DNA of 64,000 bases from Parcubacteria group bacterium GW2011_GWA2_43_13 (GTDB lineage Bacteria; Patescibacteriota; Patescibacteriia; UBA9629; GWA2-43-13). The translations under genes and the position numbers were made by a program. Each line of letters starts with the position of its first letter. Positions within the stretch are counted from its first letter, which is position 1. The stretch is from positions 71,087 to 135,086 of the forward strand of contig LCFM01000005.1 of assembly GCA_000999025.1 (NCBI GenBank), in the 5' to 3' direction. Shown here piece after piece: positions 48,683-60,418 of the stretch. Under the pieces are notes generated by a model. It saw nothing but the letters and a program-made list of their open reading frames with translations. It had not been told where the DNA came from and ran no database searches.

Positions 48683-51550
48683 ATGCAAGATTATATTTCA
48701 ATCAAAGGCGCGCGGGTGCATAATTTAAAAAATATTTCCGTTGATATTCCGCGCAATAAATTAGTTGTTATTACCGGACTTTCTGGATCAGGGAAATCTT
48801 CTCTTGCGTTTGATACGATTTATGCTGAAGGACAGCGGAGGTATGTTGAGTCACTCTCTGTGTACGCACGGCAGTTTTTGGGGTTAATGGATAAGCCGGA
48901 CGTAGATCAGATTGATGGGTTGTCCCCTGCTATTGCCATTGACCAAAAATCAGCATCCCATAATCCGCGTTCAACCGTTGGTACAGTCACAGAAATTTAC
49001 GATTATCTTCGCTTATTGTACGCGCGTGTCGGGATTCCTCATTGCCCGCAATGCGGTCGGCTTGTTGAAAAGCAGACCATTGATCAGATTGTTGAGCATG
49101 TTCTTGCACTGCCCCAAAAAACTTCAATCGCGCTTGCCGCTCCATTGATTAAAGAACAAAAAGGCGAGCATCGAAAGGTGTTTGAAGAATTAAAAAAATC
49201 TGGTTATGCGCGGGTGCGCCTTGATGGAGAACTCCTGTTATTGGAAGAGGCAGAGGATAAAAAAATTGATCCCAAGAAAAAACATTCCATTGAGGTGATT
49301 GTTGATCGTATCATGATCAGTAAAGAAACAGAGCGTGTTCGATTGACTGACTCGCTTGAGATTGCTCTTGATTTGGGGGATGGATTGGTCATTGTTTTGA
49401 ATACTGATACAGGAGAGGAATATGTGTTCAGTCAGCAGTTTTCGTGCCCTGTGTGCGGAGTGAATTTGCCGTTGTTGGAACCGCGCCATTTTTCATTTAA
49501 CAGTCCGCACGGCGCGTGCCCTGAATGTACTGGACTTGGAACAAAACTTGAAGTTGACGAGGAACTGGTTTTGCCAAATAAAAGATTGACTATTGCGGAA
49601 GGGGCTATTCGACCATGGTCCCGCACTGTGAGCAACCAAACATGGTATATTCGTATGCTTGAGGCAGTCGGCCGCCAGTATGGATTTACTGTTCATACTC
49701 CGTTAAAAGATATTACTCAAGAACATATTAAAATTATTTTGTATGGGACAGGCGTTGAATCATATCAAATCGGGGTTTCATCAGAGAAGTTTCGAGGAGA
49801 ATATGAAACATCGTTTGAGGGTGTGATCCCCAACCTCAAGCGTCGCTATCAAGAGACGGACTCTGATTATATCCGGCGTGAAATAGAAACATACATGAGG
49901 ATTGTTGACTGTCCTGTGTGTCATGGAAAGCGTTTGTGCAAAGATGTGTGGAATGTGACTGTAGGTGGCTGGGCACTGCCTGATGTCGTAACGCTTCCTA
50001 TTGATATATGTGTATCGTTATTTCAAGGATTATCGTCTGACAATGAGCATGAATTAGTGAAAGAGCGATTGACTACCAAGCAAAGTGAAATTGCAAAACA
50101 GGTGTTGAAAGAGATTGTTGCCCGGCTGTCTTTTTTGGATAATGTCGGCGTTTCCTATTTGACTTTGGATCGTGCCGCGACAACATTATCTGGCGGCGAG
50201 GCCCAGCGTATACGTTTGGCAACCCAAATTGGATCAGGGTTGACTGGCGTGATTTATATTTTAGACGAGCCGTCAATTGGGCTTCATCAGCGCGATAATG
50301 ATAAATTGATTGCAACACTGAAGAATCTTCGCGATTTGGGCAATACTGTGATTGTTGTTGAACATGATGAAGATACGATACGAACCAGTGACTATGTTAT
50401 TGACATTGGTCCGGGCGCAGGCAAACATGGCGGATCAGTAGTCGCCCAAGGCACTCCTGATGAGATTTCTAAAAACAAACATTCGCTCACCGGACGATAC
50501 ATTGCTGGAATAAAGACGATTCCGCTACATGGCACCTATCGAAAGGGAAATGGGAAGACCCTTCGTATTTCCGGCGCTTCGGAATTTAATTTAAAAAATA
50601 TTACTGTTGATATTCCTTTAGGGACATTTGTGTGCGTAACTGGCGTGTCCGGGTCAGGAAAATCAACCCTTGTTGCAGAAATTTTGGCAAAGGCGTTAAA
50701 AAAACATTTTCATGGGAGCAAAGATCATCCAGGAGCGCATACTGCCATTATTGGATTGGAGTATTTAGACAAAGTCATTGAGATTGATCAGTCGCCTATT
50801 GGCAGGACTCCCCGATCAAACCCTGCGACATATACAGGCGCTTTTACTCCGATTCGTGATTTGTTTTCCGCAACACCTGAGGCAAAGATACGCGGGTATG
50901 CGCCTGGTAGGTTCAGTTTTAACGTGAAAGGAGGTAGATGCGAAGCATGTCAGGGTGATGGAATGGTGAAAATTGAAATGCATTTTTTGCCTGATGTCTA
51001 TGTGGAGTGTGAGGAATGTAAAGGGCGGCGCTACAGCCAGCAGGTCTTGGAAGTGCATTATAAAGGAAAGAATATTTCCGACGTGCTTGCCATGACGGTT
51101 GAAGAAGCCCATGCTTTTTTTGAGAATATTCCGTCTATTAAAAATAAACTTAAAACATTAGAAGATGTGGGGTTGGGGTATATTCAGTTAGGCCAGTCTG
51201 CAACCACGCTTTCTGGTGGCGAGGCGCAAAGGATTAAACTTGCGACAGAGCTTTCCCGCAGAGCTACAGGGAAAACGATGTATATTTTAGATGAGCCGAC
51301 CACTGGATTGCATTTTGAAGATGTGAAACGCCTGCTTGATGTGTTGCATCGTTTGGTGATGAAAGGAAATACCATTGTAGTGATTGAACATAATCTTGAT
51401 GTTATTAAAAGTTGCGATTGGATTATTGACTTGGGGCCTGAAGGCGGCGACAAAGGTGGAGAAGTCGTTGCCGTAGGCACTCCGTATGATATAGTGAAAA
51501 ATACAAAGAGTTTTACAGGTCATTACTTGAAAAGGGTTCTTAAAAAGTAA
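48683..51550 (+). CDS. uvrA: Excinuclease ABC subunit A
   Basis: It has two ABC ATPase modules ([20 protein letters not shown]) and zinc-finger Cys clusters. Confidence 0.97.
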   Translation: MQDYISIKGARVHNLKNISVDIPRNKLVVITGLSGSGKSSLAFDTIYAEGQRRYVESLSVYARQFLGLMDKPDVDQIDGLSPAIAIDQKSASHNPRSTVGTVTEIYDYLRLLYARVGIPHCPQCGRLVEKQTIDQIVEHVLALPQKTSIALAAPLIKEQKGEHRKVFEELKKSGYARVRLDGELLLLEEAEDKKIDPKKKHSIEVIVDRIMISKETERVRLTDSLEIALDLGDGLVIVLNTDTGEEYVFSQQFSCPVCGVNLPLLEPRHFSFNSPHGACPECTGLGTKLEVDEELVLPNKRLTIAEGAIRPWSRTVSNQTWYIRMLEAVGRQYGFTVHTPLKDITQEHIKIILYGTGVESYQIGVSSEKFRGEYETSFEGVIPNLKRRYQETDSDYIRREIETYMRIVDCPVCHGKRLCKDVWNVTVGGWALPDVVTLPIDICVSLFQGLSSDNEHELVKERLTTKQSEIAKQVLKEIVARLSFLDNVGVSYLTLDRAATTLSGGEAQRIRLATQIGSGLTGVIYILDEPSIGLHQRDNDKLIATLKNLRDLGNTVIVVEHDEDTIRTSDYVIDIGPGAGKHGGSVVAQGTPDEISKNKHSLTGRYIAGIKTIPLHGTYRKGNGKTLRISGASEFNLKNITVDIPLGTFVCVTGVSGSGKSTLVAEILAKALKKHFHGSKDHPGAHTAIIGLEYLDKVIEIDQSPIGRTPRSNPATYTGAFTPIRDLFSATPEAKIRGYAPGRFSFNVKGGRCEACQGDGMVKIEMHFLPDVYVECEECKGRRYSQQVLEVHYKGKNISDVLAMTVEEAHAFFENIPSIKNKLKTLEDVGLGYIQLGQSATTLSGGEAQRIKLATELSRRATGKTMYILDEPTTGLHFEDVKRLLDVLHRLVMKGNTIVVIEHNLDVIKSCDWIIDLGPEGGDKGGEVVAVGTPYDIVKNTKSFTGHYLKRVLKK

Positions 51551-51555
51551 GCAGT

Positions 51556-52497
51556 ATGGTTGATACCGCGTTGAATAAAAAAATTGTTCATACACTCCTC
51601 TATTATGATTTATTTGATTATCCGCTCACAGGGGTTGAATTGTGGCAGTATGTGATAAGCAAAGAACGATATGGTTTAGCTGAAGTATTAGAAGCGGCTC
51701 GGAATAATAAAGAGATCGTGGAGGAGCACGGTTTTTTTTGTCTTAAAAAAAGAGAGGCCATTATCAATCAGCGTAAGATTGAGTATCTTTTTGCGCTTAA
51801 ACAAAGAAGAAAGATGCAGAAATGGTTGCCCTGTTTTAAGGTGTTTCCTTGTATGAAAGGGCTTTTTCTTTCCGGTCCTATTGCATTAGATGTTTCACGA
51901 GAGAACAGCGATATTGATATTTTTTCAGTCACAGCAGTCCATCGTTTATGGACTGCAAGATTTTTTGTGGTGATGGTATTAAAAATATTTCGCCAGCGTC
52001 CCGGCTTTATTCCGGTATTAGGAAAAAAGAAAGGATCCAATAGAGGAAAATTTTGTTTTAGTATGTGGTGTACGGAGGCGGATATGGATCTTCAGCGTTA
52101 CGCTCTCTCGGATAATGACATTCATTTTGCTCTCTGGCTGAAGCATTTATCTCCAATATGGACTAATGGTGATAATGTGTATAAAAAATTTGTTCAGACA
52201 AATACATGGGTGCGGCAGTATGGAGAATGGCTGTGTGCAGAGCGCAAGGGTTTTTCTCGGTCTATCATTGCACGTTGCTGTGAGTTGGTGTTGAGCATAA
52301 TCCCTGATGGTGTATTTGAGAGAATTGAATGGCACTTGCTTCCTCGATTGACACGCCAAAAGGCACTGGGTTCCGGAACTGATGTTGTTGTGAGCCATGA
52401 ATGTGCTAAACTGCATATTACAGACAGGAGGGAGGAATATAATCGTGCTTGGAGGGGGCGTATCCAAGCATATGAAAGAACAGAAAGCGTTGTATAA
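51556..52497 (+). CDS. Hypothetical protein, possible nucleotidyltransferase fold
   Basis: The segment GPIALDVSRENSDIDIF resembles the Pol-beta-type NTase G[SG]x9-13DxD motif; the gene is translationally coupled to uvrA. Confidence 0.35.
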   Translation: MVDTALNKKIVHTLLYYDLFDYPLTGVELWQYVISKERYGLAEVLEAARNNKEIVEEHGFFCLKKREAIINQRKIEYLFALKQRRKMQKWLPCFKVFPCMKGLFLSGPIALDVSRENSDIDIFSVTAVHRLWTARFFVVMVLKIFRQRPGFIPVLGKKKGSNRGKFCFSMWCTEADMDLQRYALSDNDIHFALWLKHLSPIWTNGDNVYKKFVQTNTWVRQYGEWLCAERKGFSRSIIARCCELVLSIIPDGVFERIEWHLLPRLTRQKALGSGTDVVVSHECAKLHITDRREEYNRAWRGRIQAYERTESVV

Positions 52498-53869
52498 TAG
52501 AGGTGCGCGTATTTTTCATGTACTGATGAATGTTTTTTTGGTTTTAGCCTGCGTAGTGCTTCCTTTTCAAACGCGGTGGATTATTGTGCCTGCTTTTCTT
52601 CATGGCGGATATTGGGAATATGGCACGATATCTTTGTACGCAAGTGAGGGTATTGTATGGTGCGCTTTTGTTGCATGGCTTTTTGCGGATGGTCTGAAGA
52701 AATGGAATAAACAGAGCCCTTGGTTACAAGAAATGATGCATTTTTTGATACGGCGCTGGTGGGTGCGTGGAGGTGTTATGGTATGGATTGTGTTGCAATT
52801 GTTATGGGCGCCGAGAACTGTGGCCGAGATCTCATGGCTCATTCATGCCATGAGTGTTTTTGTATTCTATGTTTTACTAACAAAAAGTCAGATACAACTC
52901 AAGGTAATTATTTTGGCCATTGCAATCGGGCTGTCTTTTGCCGGGAGTATGGGGATTGAGCAGTTTGGATCACAACACATTGAAGCGAATACAGTACTGG
53001 GCATTTCAGCGCAAAAGCCAGAAGATGGCGGGGTTTCTGTGATTGAGACGCCGATCAGAAGATGGTTGAGGGCGTATGGCACCTATCCGCATCCGAATAT
53101 ATTAGGAGGTATGATGGTTTTGGGTCTTTTTTGTTGGCTATTATTTTTTATCCTTGCGGACGATTTGGTTGATCCAATTGATTATTGGGGTAGGTTAATC
53201 GGGATTGTCGGAGTTATCGCGACATCATCTGGATTGTGGCTTTCGTTTTCTCGAAGCGCGTGGTTGGGCTGGCTCACAGGCGGAATCTGTGTGTGGGTCG
53301 TGGTGGTTATAAAAAAACGGCATTGGTTTATTCCTGTTTTAAAATGGACAGCGATAAGTGTTGTGGTGTTGGTTGTTGTTTCGTACGCGTTTGATGAGCC
53401 GTTCAGGGCGCGAACATCATTTTTAGCGCGTGAGCCGGTATATGGATATCGGTTGGAAAATCAATCAAATGTTATTCGTATGGCGCAGTGGAAAGAAGCG
53501 TATGAAATTGGTATTATACGGACGTTCGGTGCCGGAACAGGAGTTGGTAATTACACCGCATGGGTAGGTATTATATATCCCTCTCTTCCGGTCTATAACC
53601 TTCAGCCATTTCATGTTACCCTTTTGTTAATGCTGGCAGAACTTGGGCTGATTGGCTTTATCGGAATTGGTGTTCTTGTTGTTCAGTGGATACGACGGTA
53701 CGGTACACATGCATGGGCGGTTTCAATACTCATCGGCTTTGCGGTTATGAGTGTGTTTGATCATTATTGGTGGACGCTTTTTCCCGGTATGGTTGGTGTT
53801 GCTCTTTTCGCATGGCTTATGACGCAAAAGATTTCGACACAGGTGCAATTGCGAATATTTGGGAAATAG
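52472..53869 (+). CDS. O-antigen ligase-like (Wzy_C-type) polytopic membrane protein, second copy
   Basis: It has 10-12 predicted transmembrane segments with a large periplasmic loop, and its start overlaps the previous gene. Confidence 0.55.
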   Translation: MKEQKALYNRGARIFHVLMNVFLVLACVVLPFQTRWIIVPAFLHGGYWEYGTISLYASEGIVWCAFVAWLFADGLKKWNKQSPWLQEMMHFLIRRWWVRGGVMVWIVLQLLWAPRTVAEISWLIHAMSVFVFYVLLTKSQIQLKVIILAIAIGLSFAGSMGIEQFGSQHIEANTVLGISAQKPEDGGVSVIETPIRRWLRAYGTYPHPNILGGMMVLGLFCWLLFFILADDLVDPIDYWGRLIGIVGVIATSSGLWLSFSRSAWLGWLTGGICVWVVVVIKKRHWFIPVLKWTAISVVVLVVVSYAFDEPFRARTSFLAREPVYGYRLENQSNVIRMAQWKEAYEIGIIRTFGAGTGVGNYTAWVGIIYPSLPVYNLQPFHVTLLLMLAELGLIGFIGIGVLVVQWIRRYGTHAWAVSILIGFAVMSVFDHYWWTLFPGMVGVALFAWLMTQKISTQVQLRIFGK

Positions 53870-53907
53870 GGGGGATCTCTGGTGGTTTTTTCATGATTGG
53901 ACATGAA

Positions 53908-53934
53908 TTAGCACTCATACTTGACAAGTGCTAA
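53908..53934 (+). promoter_or_regulatory. CIRCE operator (HrcA binding site) TTAGCACTC-N9-AAGTGCTAA
   Basis: It matches the TTAGCACTC-N9-GAGTGCTAA consensus with one mismatch, upstream of groES. Confidence 0.85.
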
Positions 53935-53948
53935 TTTTTGTTTATAAT
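53921..53948 (+). promoter_or_regulatory. groESL promoter TTGACA-16 nt-TATAAT overlapping CIRCE
   Basis: Both hexamers are read directly from the sequence. Confidence 0.7.
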
Positions 53949-54033
53949 AACCTGTGCATTTTAAAGTATTTTTTAACGAGTCAATAGTGGGGGCTTTACT
54001 TGGTTCTCGCTGATGATGAGTAGTAGTTTTTCT

Positions 54034-54333
54034 ATGGCAGTAACATTAAAGCCTTTGGCTGATCGGGTAATTGTTAAGCCCGAATCACAAGAGGAAGTAA
54101 CAAAGTCAGGCATTGTTCTTCCGGATACAGCACGTGGCGAGCGTCCGGAAAAAGGAGAAGTGATAGCAACAGGGCCGGGTAAGATTCTGGAAAATGGAGA
54201 ACGCCAGTCAATGAGTGTCAAAGTTGGTGACACTATTGTCTTTACAAAATATGCTCCTAATGAAGTGAAGATAGATGATCAAGAACTGCTGATTATTCGT
54301 GAAGACGATATCATGGCAGTGGTTGAGAAATAA
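54034..54333 (+). CDS. groES: Co-chaperonin GroES
   Basis: The 99-aa product begins LKPLADRVIVKP. Confidence 0.95.
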   Translation: MAVTLKPLADRVIVKPESQEEVTKSGIVLPDTARGERPEKGEVIATGPGKILENGERQSMSVKVGDTIVFTKYAPNEVKIDDQELLIIREDDIMAVVEK

Positions 54334-54342
54334 TTGATAGGT

Positions 54343-56082
<1,740 letters not shown>

Positions 56083-56109
56083 AACAGAGCAAAGAATGAT
56101 ACTTATTTT

Positions 56110-56148
56110 GGAGAGACGCATCGTTGATGCGTCTCTCCTTTTTTTTGG
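56110..56148 (+). terminator. Terminator GGAGAGACGCATC-gttg-GATGCGTCTCTCC followed by TTTTTTTT (the stem contains the GAGACG/CGTCTC core of family A)
   Basis: The hairpin is read directly. Confidence 0.8.
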
Positions 56149-56227
56149 ATGTTTAGAGTTGTATAAACCGAGTATAAAGAGTACAATAGGCACGTCTTTT
56201 TTGTTTTCATAAAACGAAGGAATCTTC

Positions 56228-57004
56228 ATGAATGATCAATCTGCAGGCGACGTGACTGTTGTTCTTTCTGACCTTCATCTTGGTGATGTGCTGTGCAGGG
56301 CAAAACTGTTGCTCGATTTTTTGTGTAATCGGCACTTTTCTCTGCTTATCTTAAATGGCGATATATTCGCTGATTCTGAGATCGAATGGAGAGATCTTCC
56401 AGCTTATCACAAAAAGGTGCTTGTCAAAATCGGTGAGCTCATGCGTCAGGGTGTTCGTGTCGTGTGGGTTGCTGGGAATCATGATCTGAATATTGGTGAG
56501 ATTCTTCGGCGTTGCTCAGGGCATATGGGCATCATGGATGAGAATCTCTCAATGTGCACAGATTCCTACGCATGGGAACATGAGCGCGTATCGTGTATCG
56601 CGACTCATGGTCACCAGTGGAATCCTCTTGATCAGCTCAACGGGTGGTTCACAATCCTCATCTTGTTGATGTTTGATTTTCTCAAGAAGATTGATGTCAT
56701 TACAGGATGGCGACTCACCCGTCTTCTGAGTCGCAATGCGTTTTTTTGGAAGCGATCCAATCGGTTGGTCCAAAATGGCGCACTCAAGTTCACTCGAAAG
56801 GACAATCCAGAGGTTGTGTGTTGCGGACACACGCATGACCGTGTGCTCTTCAAAATCGACGGGGTAATCTATGCCAACACCGGATGTTGGACAGATCGAC
56901 TTCCGACCGCGCTTATCCTCACAAAGAGTGATATCATCCTGTATGCCTACTCATGGATACATGGATGGCGTGTGCGCGCTCACATCCCCCTCCAGAAGTG
57001 TTGA
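56228..57004 (+). CDS. Calcineurin-like metallophosphoesterase
   Basis: The metal-binding motifs DLHLGD, GDIFAD, GNHD and GHTH are present in order. Confidence 0.75.
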   Translation: MNDQSAGDVTVVLSDLHLGDVLCRAKLLLDFLCNRHFSLLILNGDIFADSEIEWRDLPAYHKKVLVKIGELMRQGVRVVWVAGNHDLNIGEILRRCSGHMGIMDENLSMCTDSYAWEHERVSCIATHGHQWNPLDQLNGWFTILILLMFDFLKKIDVITGWRLTRLLSRNAFFWKRSNRLVQNGALKFTRKDNPEVVCCGHTHDRVLFKIDGVIYANTGCWTDRLPTALILTKSDIILYAYSWIHGWRVRAHIPLQKC

Positions 57005-57094
57005 CCATCTGGAGGTCTTTTTATTTTATCTTCAAGGTCGTTTATCGGATGTGTTGAAATTTTAATTGAGTGTGGTACAGTATGTATGCATTCT

Positions 57095-58537
57095 ATGTAT
57101 CGAAATACAAAAATTATTTGTACAATCGGGCCTGCGACAGAGTCGCAAAAAATGATTGAACAGTTGGTTAAAAACGGCATGAATATCGCGCGGTTGAATT
57201 TTTCGCATGGCACTCATCAGTATCACAAAACGCTGATTCAAAATATCCGCGTTGTTTCAAAGCGCTTGCATCAGCCCGTTGCTATTTTACAGGATTTGCA
57301 AGGACCGCGAATTCGCATCGGCATACTTACTGAACCGGTTGAGGTAGTGCGCAATGAAAAAATCATAATAGTACCTGAATCAGAATTTAAGTCGCTTGCA
57401 GGAAAGCGCGGTCTTGGGAAAATACTTCCTGTGCAATATGAGGAGTTATACAAAGATCTTCACAAAGACAGTACGATTTTGATTGACGAAGGGTTTATAG
57501 AACTGGAGGTTGTAAAAATAGTAGGGTCTCATATTCACGCGCAGGTTGTTACGTCTGGGATAGTGAAAACCAATAAAGGCATCAACACCCCGGGAAAAGA
57601 ATTATCCGCTGACCCGCTTACTAAAAAAGACAGAGATGATATTCGCTTTGGTATTGAGCACGGAGTTGATAGCATTGCGCTTTCGTTTGTTTCATGCGCT
57701 GATGATATGGTTGTGTTGAAGAAGGAAGTCATGAAGCGTGCGAGGGGTGGCATTACTCCTGCATTGATAGCAAAGATTGAACGCCAAGCGGCAATGGATG
57801 ATATTGAAAATATTATTGTAGAGTCAGATGCCGTGATGGTTGCGCGGGGTGATCTTGCCTTAGAGTGTTCTGCGGCAGAAGTGCCGGTTATGCAAAAGCG
57901 CATTGTTGGCGCGTGTATCAGAAATGCGAAGCCGGTCATTGTTGCCACTCAAATGCTTGATTCCATGATTGAAAATCCGCGTCCGACGCGGGCAGAGGTG
58001 TCTGATGTCGCAAATGCCGTGATTGACCATGCCGATTGCGTGATGCTCTCTGGTGAAACGGCGAGCGGTTCATATCCTCTTGAAGCAGTTGCGATGATGG
58101 AAAAAATTATTGAAGAAACAGAGGCGTCGCCGTATGATGATGCTCCTCGTGAATTTGCTCGTATGTTTCATATGAGCGGAGATCGGCATGCTATTGCCGA
58201 GGCGGCTGTTGATATCGCAATCACGGAACAGGCGTCCGCTCTTGTGATTGCCTCTCTGACCGGCGCAACTATTCGAGCGGTTGCCCAATTAAGACCCGCA
58301 ATGAGGATATTAGGGTTGGTGACTGAAGAGGCGTTAGCTCGGCAATTGATTTTTTCATGGGGAGTGAATCCGTTGGTCATTGCAAAACAGCAGAGTGTCG
58401 GAAAATTAATTGAGGTATGTTTGTCAACTCTTGAAAAAACAAAAATAGCGAAAAAGGGAGATAAAATAGTATTGGTTGCTGGCCAAAAAGTTGGTATCCC
58501 TGGGACTACGAATTTTGTGCAAGTGCAGGAACTGTAA
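57095..58537 (+). CDS. pyk: Pyruvate kinase
   Basis: The N-terminus is TKIICTIGPAT, followed by the conserved PK domain. Confidence 0.92.
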   Translation: MYRNTKIICTIGPATESQKMIEQLVKNGMNIARLNFSHGTHQYHKTLIQNIRVVSKRLHQPVAILQDLQGPRIRIGILTEPVEVVRNEKIIIVPESEFKSLAGKRGLGKILPVQYEELYKDLHKDSTILIDEGFIELEVVKIVGSHIHAQVVTSGIVKTNKGINTPGKELSADPLTKKDRDDIRFGIEHGVDSIALSFVSCADDMVVLKKEVMKRARGGITPALIAKIERQAAMDDIENIIVESDAVMVARGDLALECSAAEVPVMQKRIVGACIRNAKPVIVATQMLDSMIENPRPTRAEVSDVANAVIDHADCVMLSGETASGSYPLEAVAMMEKIIEETEASPYDDAPREFARMFHMSGDRHAIAEAAVDIAITEQASALVIASLTGATIRAVAQLRPAMRILGLVTEEALARQLIFSWGVNPLVIAKQQSVGKLIEVCLSTLEKTKIAKKGDKIVLVAGQKVGIPGTTNFVQVQEL

Positions 58538-58640
58538 TAGCAATCCGAATCTACAAATACCATCCTAATCTACTAATCTACGAATGGCTGAGCTATGAGG
58601 TATTGGTAGATTCGAATGATATTAGTATATTAGGATTGCT
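58538..58640. repeat. Family E palindromic element (GCAATCCGAATCTACAAATACCATCCTAATCTACTAAT ... GGTAGATTCGAATGATATTAGTATATTAGGATTGC) between convergent pyk and mutL
   Basis: The inverted arms are read directly. Confidence 0.8.
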
Positions 58641-60410
58641 TTATGGGCGTTTAAACCACTTTCGCAATTCTTTATCTGAAATCTCAATTGAACACGGTCT
58701 GCCATGGATGCAGGATTGATTGTGCGGAGTGTTGTGCCATTCTGAAATAAGCGCTCTTTGTTGATCATGTGTGAGTACATCTCCAAATTTTATTGCGGTT
58801 TTACATGCGACGGCTTTCATAAGCGCGTCTTTTTTTTGTTCAAGTGTTGATTCCGCTGTTTGATCTGATCTGATATCGGAAAAAAGAGAAGCAATAGTAT
58901 CATGAATATTTTCTTGTACCATGATAGACGGAAGAGCTGAAATACTGATTGTTGTTGATCCGAATGGCTCAATGTCAAATCCCAAATCTTGCATGAGAGG
59001 ATAGTATTCTTCAAACAGCGCGTACTCCTGCGGAGATAATTCAATTGTGATGGGAATCGCGCACGCTTGAGAAGTGTTCTGTAGAGTATCGCGTTGTTTC
59101 ATCTGATGATAATTGATACGCTCGCTGATTGCGTGTTGGTCTATGAGGAGTATTCCTTCCTGCGTTTCGATAATGAGGTATGATGCGTGTATTTGTTCGA
59201 TAAGGCGCCAGTTATGAGGGATGGCATTTTTTTCAATGACAGATTCTTGGTTTGAATTTTTTGAAAGTGGCGTGTGTGTGAATTCTTGATGTGATAGATG
59301 TTTGTAGAAATTGAACGATTGGGCACTGTCTGCTTTATTAAGTGGCTGCTGAAAACCACGAGGCGATGAGTACGGTGTGCGTTGAGGAGAGCGAGTATAT
59401 GCGTCAATGTCAGTGGGAGAGCTTTGTATGTTTTTTTGAGCAAGAATTTTGCTGATAATATTTTTTATGTTTGAAAAAATAAATTGGGGGTCGCTATATT
59501 TTACTTCGAGTTTTCTGGGATGCACATTTACATCCACTGTTTTGGGATCAATGGTGATATTGATTATGCATGGAGGGTAGGTGTTTTTTGCAATCAGCGA
59601 CCCATACCCATCTTTCACTGCTTTGAGTACAAAATAATCATTCACCGGACGTTTATTGACAAATATGTATTGATTTTCGCGCGTGAAAGTGGCAGAGCGA
59701 GGATGCGCGATAAATCCTTCTATGCTTAGCCGTTCGCTCTGAACAGTGAGAGGGAGTATGTTTTTACTGCGTTCGTTTCCCAACAAAAGCGAAACACGGT
59801 CATGCCACGCTGTATGCGCGGGTAGTGTAAGAACCGGCTTTGAATTGTGAAACACATGCCATTCAACTTCTGGTGTAATGAGCGCGAATTGAGTGATGAG
59901 TTCTATGCAGTGGCGATATTCTGTGTGAGGTGATTTGAGAAATTTTTTTCGAGCAGGGACATTATAAAAAAGGTCCGCGATTGTTATATCAGTCCCGCTA
60001 TTCATTGCATATTCTGTTATCGTGATGCCTTCGTCATCGTGTTTGAGCTCAACGCCAGTATCAGATTCTTGTTTCCGTGTTCTCAAGGTAAATCTGCTCA
60101 CACTTGATATGCTGGATAACGCCTCGCCTCTGAATCCGAATGTTGCGATAGAAAATAAATCATCTAAAGATGAGAGTTTACTCGTTGCGTGTGGCTCAAT
60201 AGATACACGCGCGTCATCAGGTGACATCCCAGCGCCATTATCACTCACATGGATTTTTTTCATTCCGCCTTCTTCAAGTTCAATACTAAAAACAGTCGCA
60301 TGCGCATCAAGCGAGTTTTCAATCAATTCTTTTACAACAGAGGCAGGCCGTTCCACCACCTCTCCTGCCGCAATTTTATTAATGAGTTCTTGTGGGAGTT
60401 TGTGAATCAT
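58641..60410 (-). CDS. mutL: DNA mismatch repair protein MutL
   Basis: It has the GHKL ATPase N-terminus (INKIAAGEVVERPASVVKELIENSLDA). Confidence 0.95.
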   Translation of the reverse strand: MIHKLPQELINKIAAGEVVERPASVVKELIENSLDAHATVFSIELEEGGMKKIHVSDNGAGMSPDDARVSIEPHATSKLSSLDDLFSIATFGFRGEALSSISSVSRFTLRTRKQESDTGVELKHDDEGITITEYAMNSGTDITIADLFYNVPARKKFLKSPHTEYRHCIELITQFALITPEVEWHVFHNSKPVLTLPAHTAWHDRVSLLLGNERSKNILPLTVQSERLSIEGFIAHPRSATFTRENQYIFVNKRPVNDYFVLKAVKDGYGSLIAKNTYPPCIINITIDPKTVDVNVHPRKLEVKYSDPQFIFSNIKNIISKILAQKNIQSSPTDIDAYTRSPQRTPYSSPRGFQQPLNKADSAQSFNFYKHLSHQEFTHTPLSKNSNQESVIEKNAIPHNWRLIEQIHASYLIIETQEGILLIDQHAISERINYHQMKQRDTLQNTSQACAIPITIELSPQEYALFEEYYPLMQDLGFDIEPFGSTTISISALPSIMVQENIHDTIASLFSDIRSDQTAESTLEQKKDALMKAVACKTAIKFGDVLTHDQQRALISEWHNTPHNQSCIHGRPCSIEISDKELRKWFKRP

Positions 60411-60418
60411 AGTAGGTA

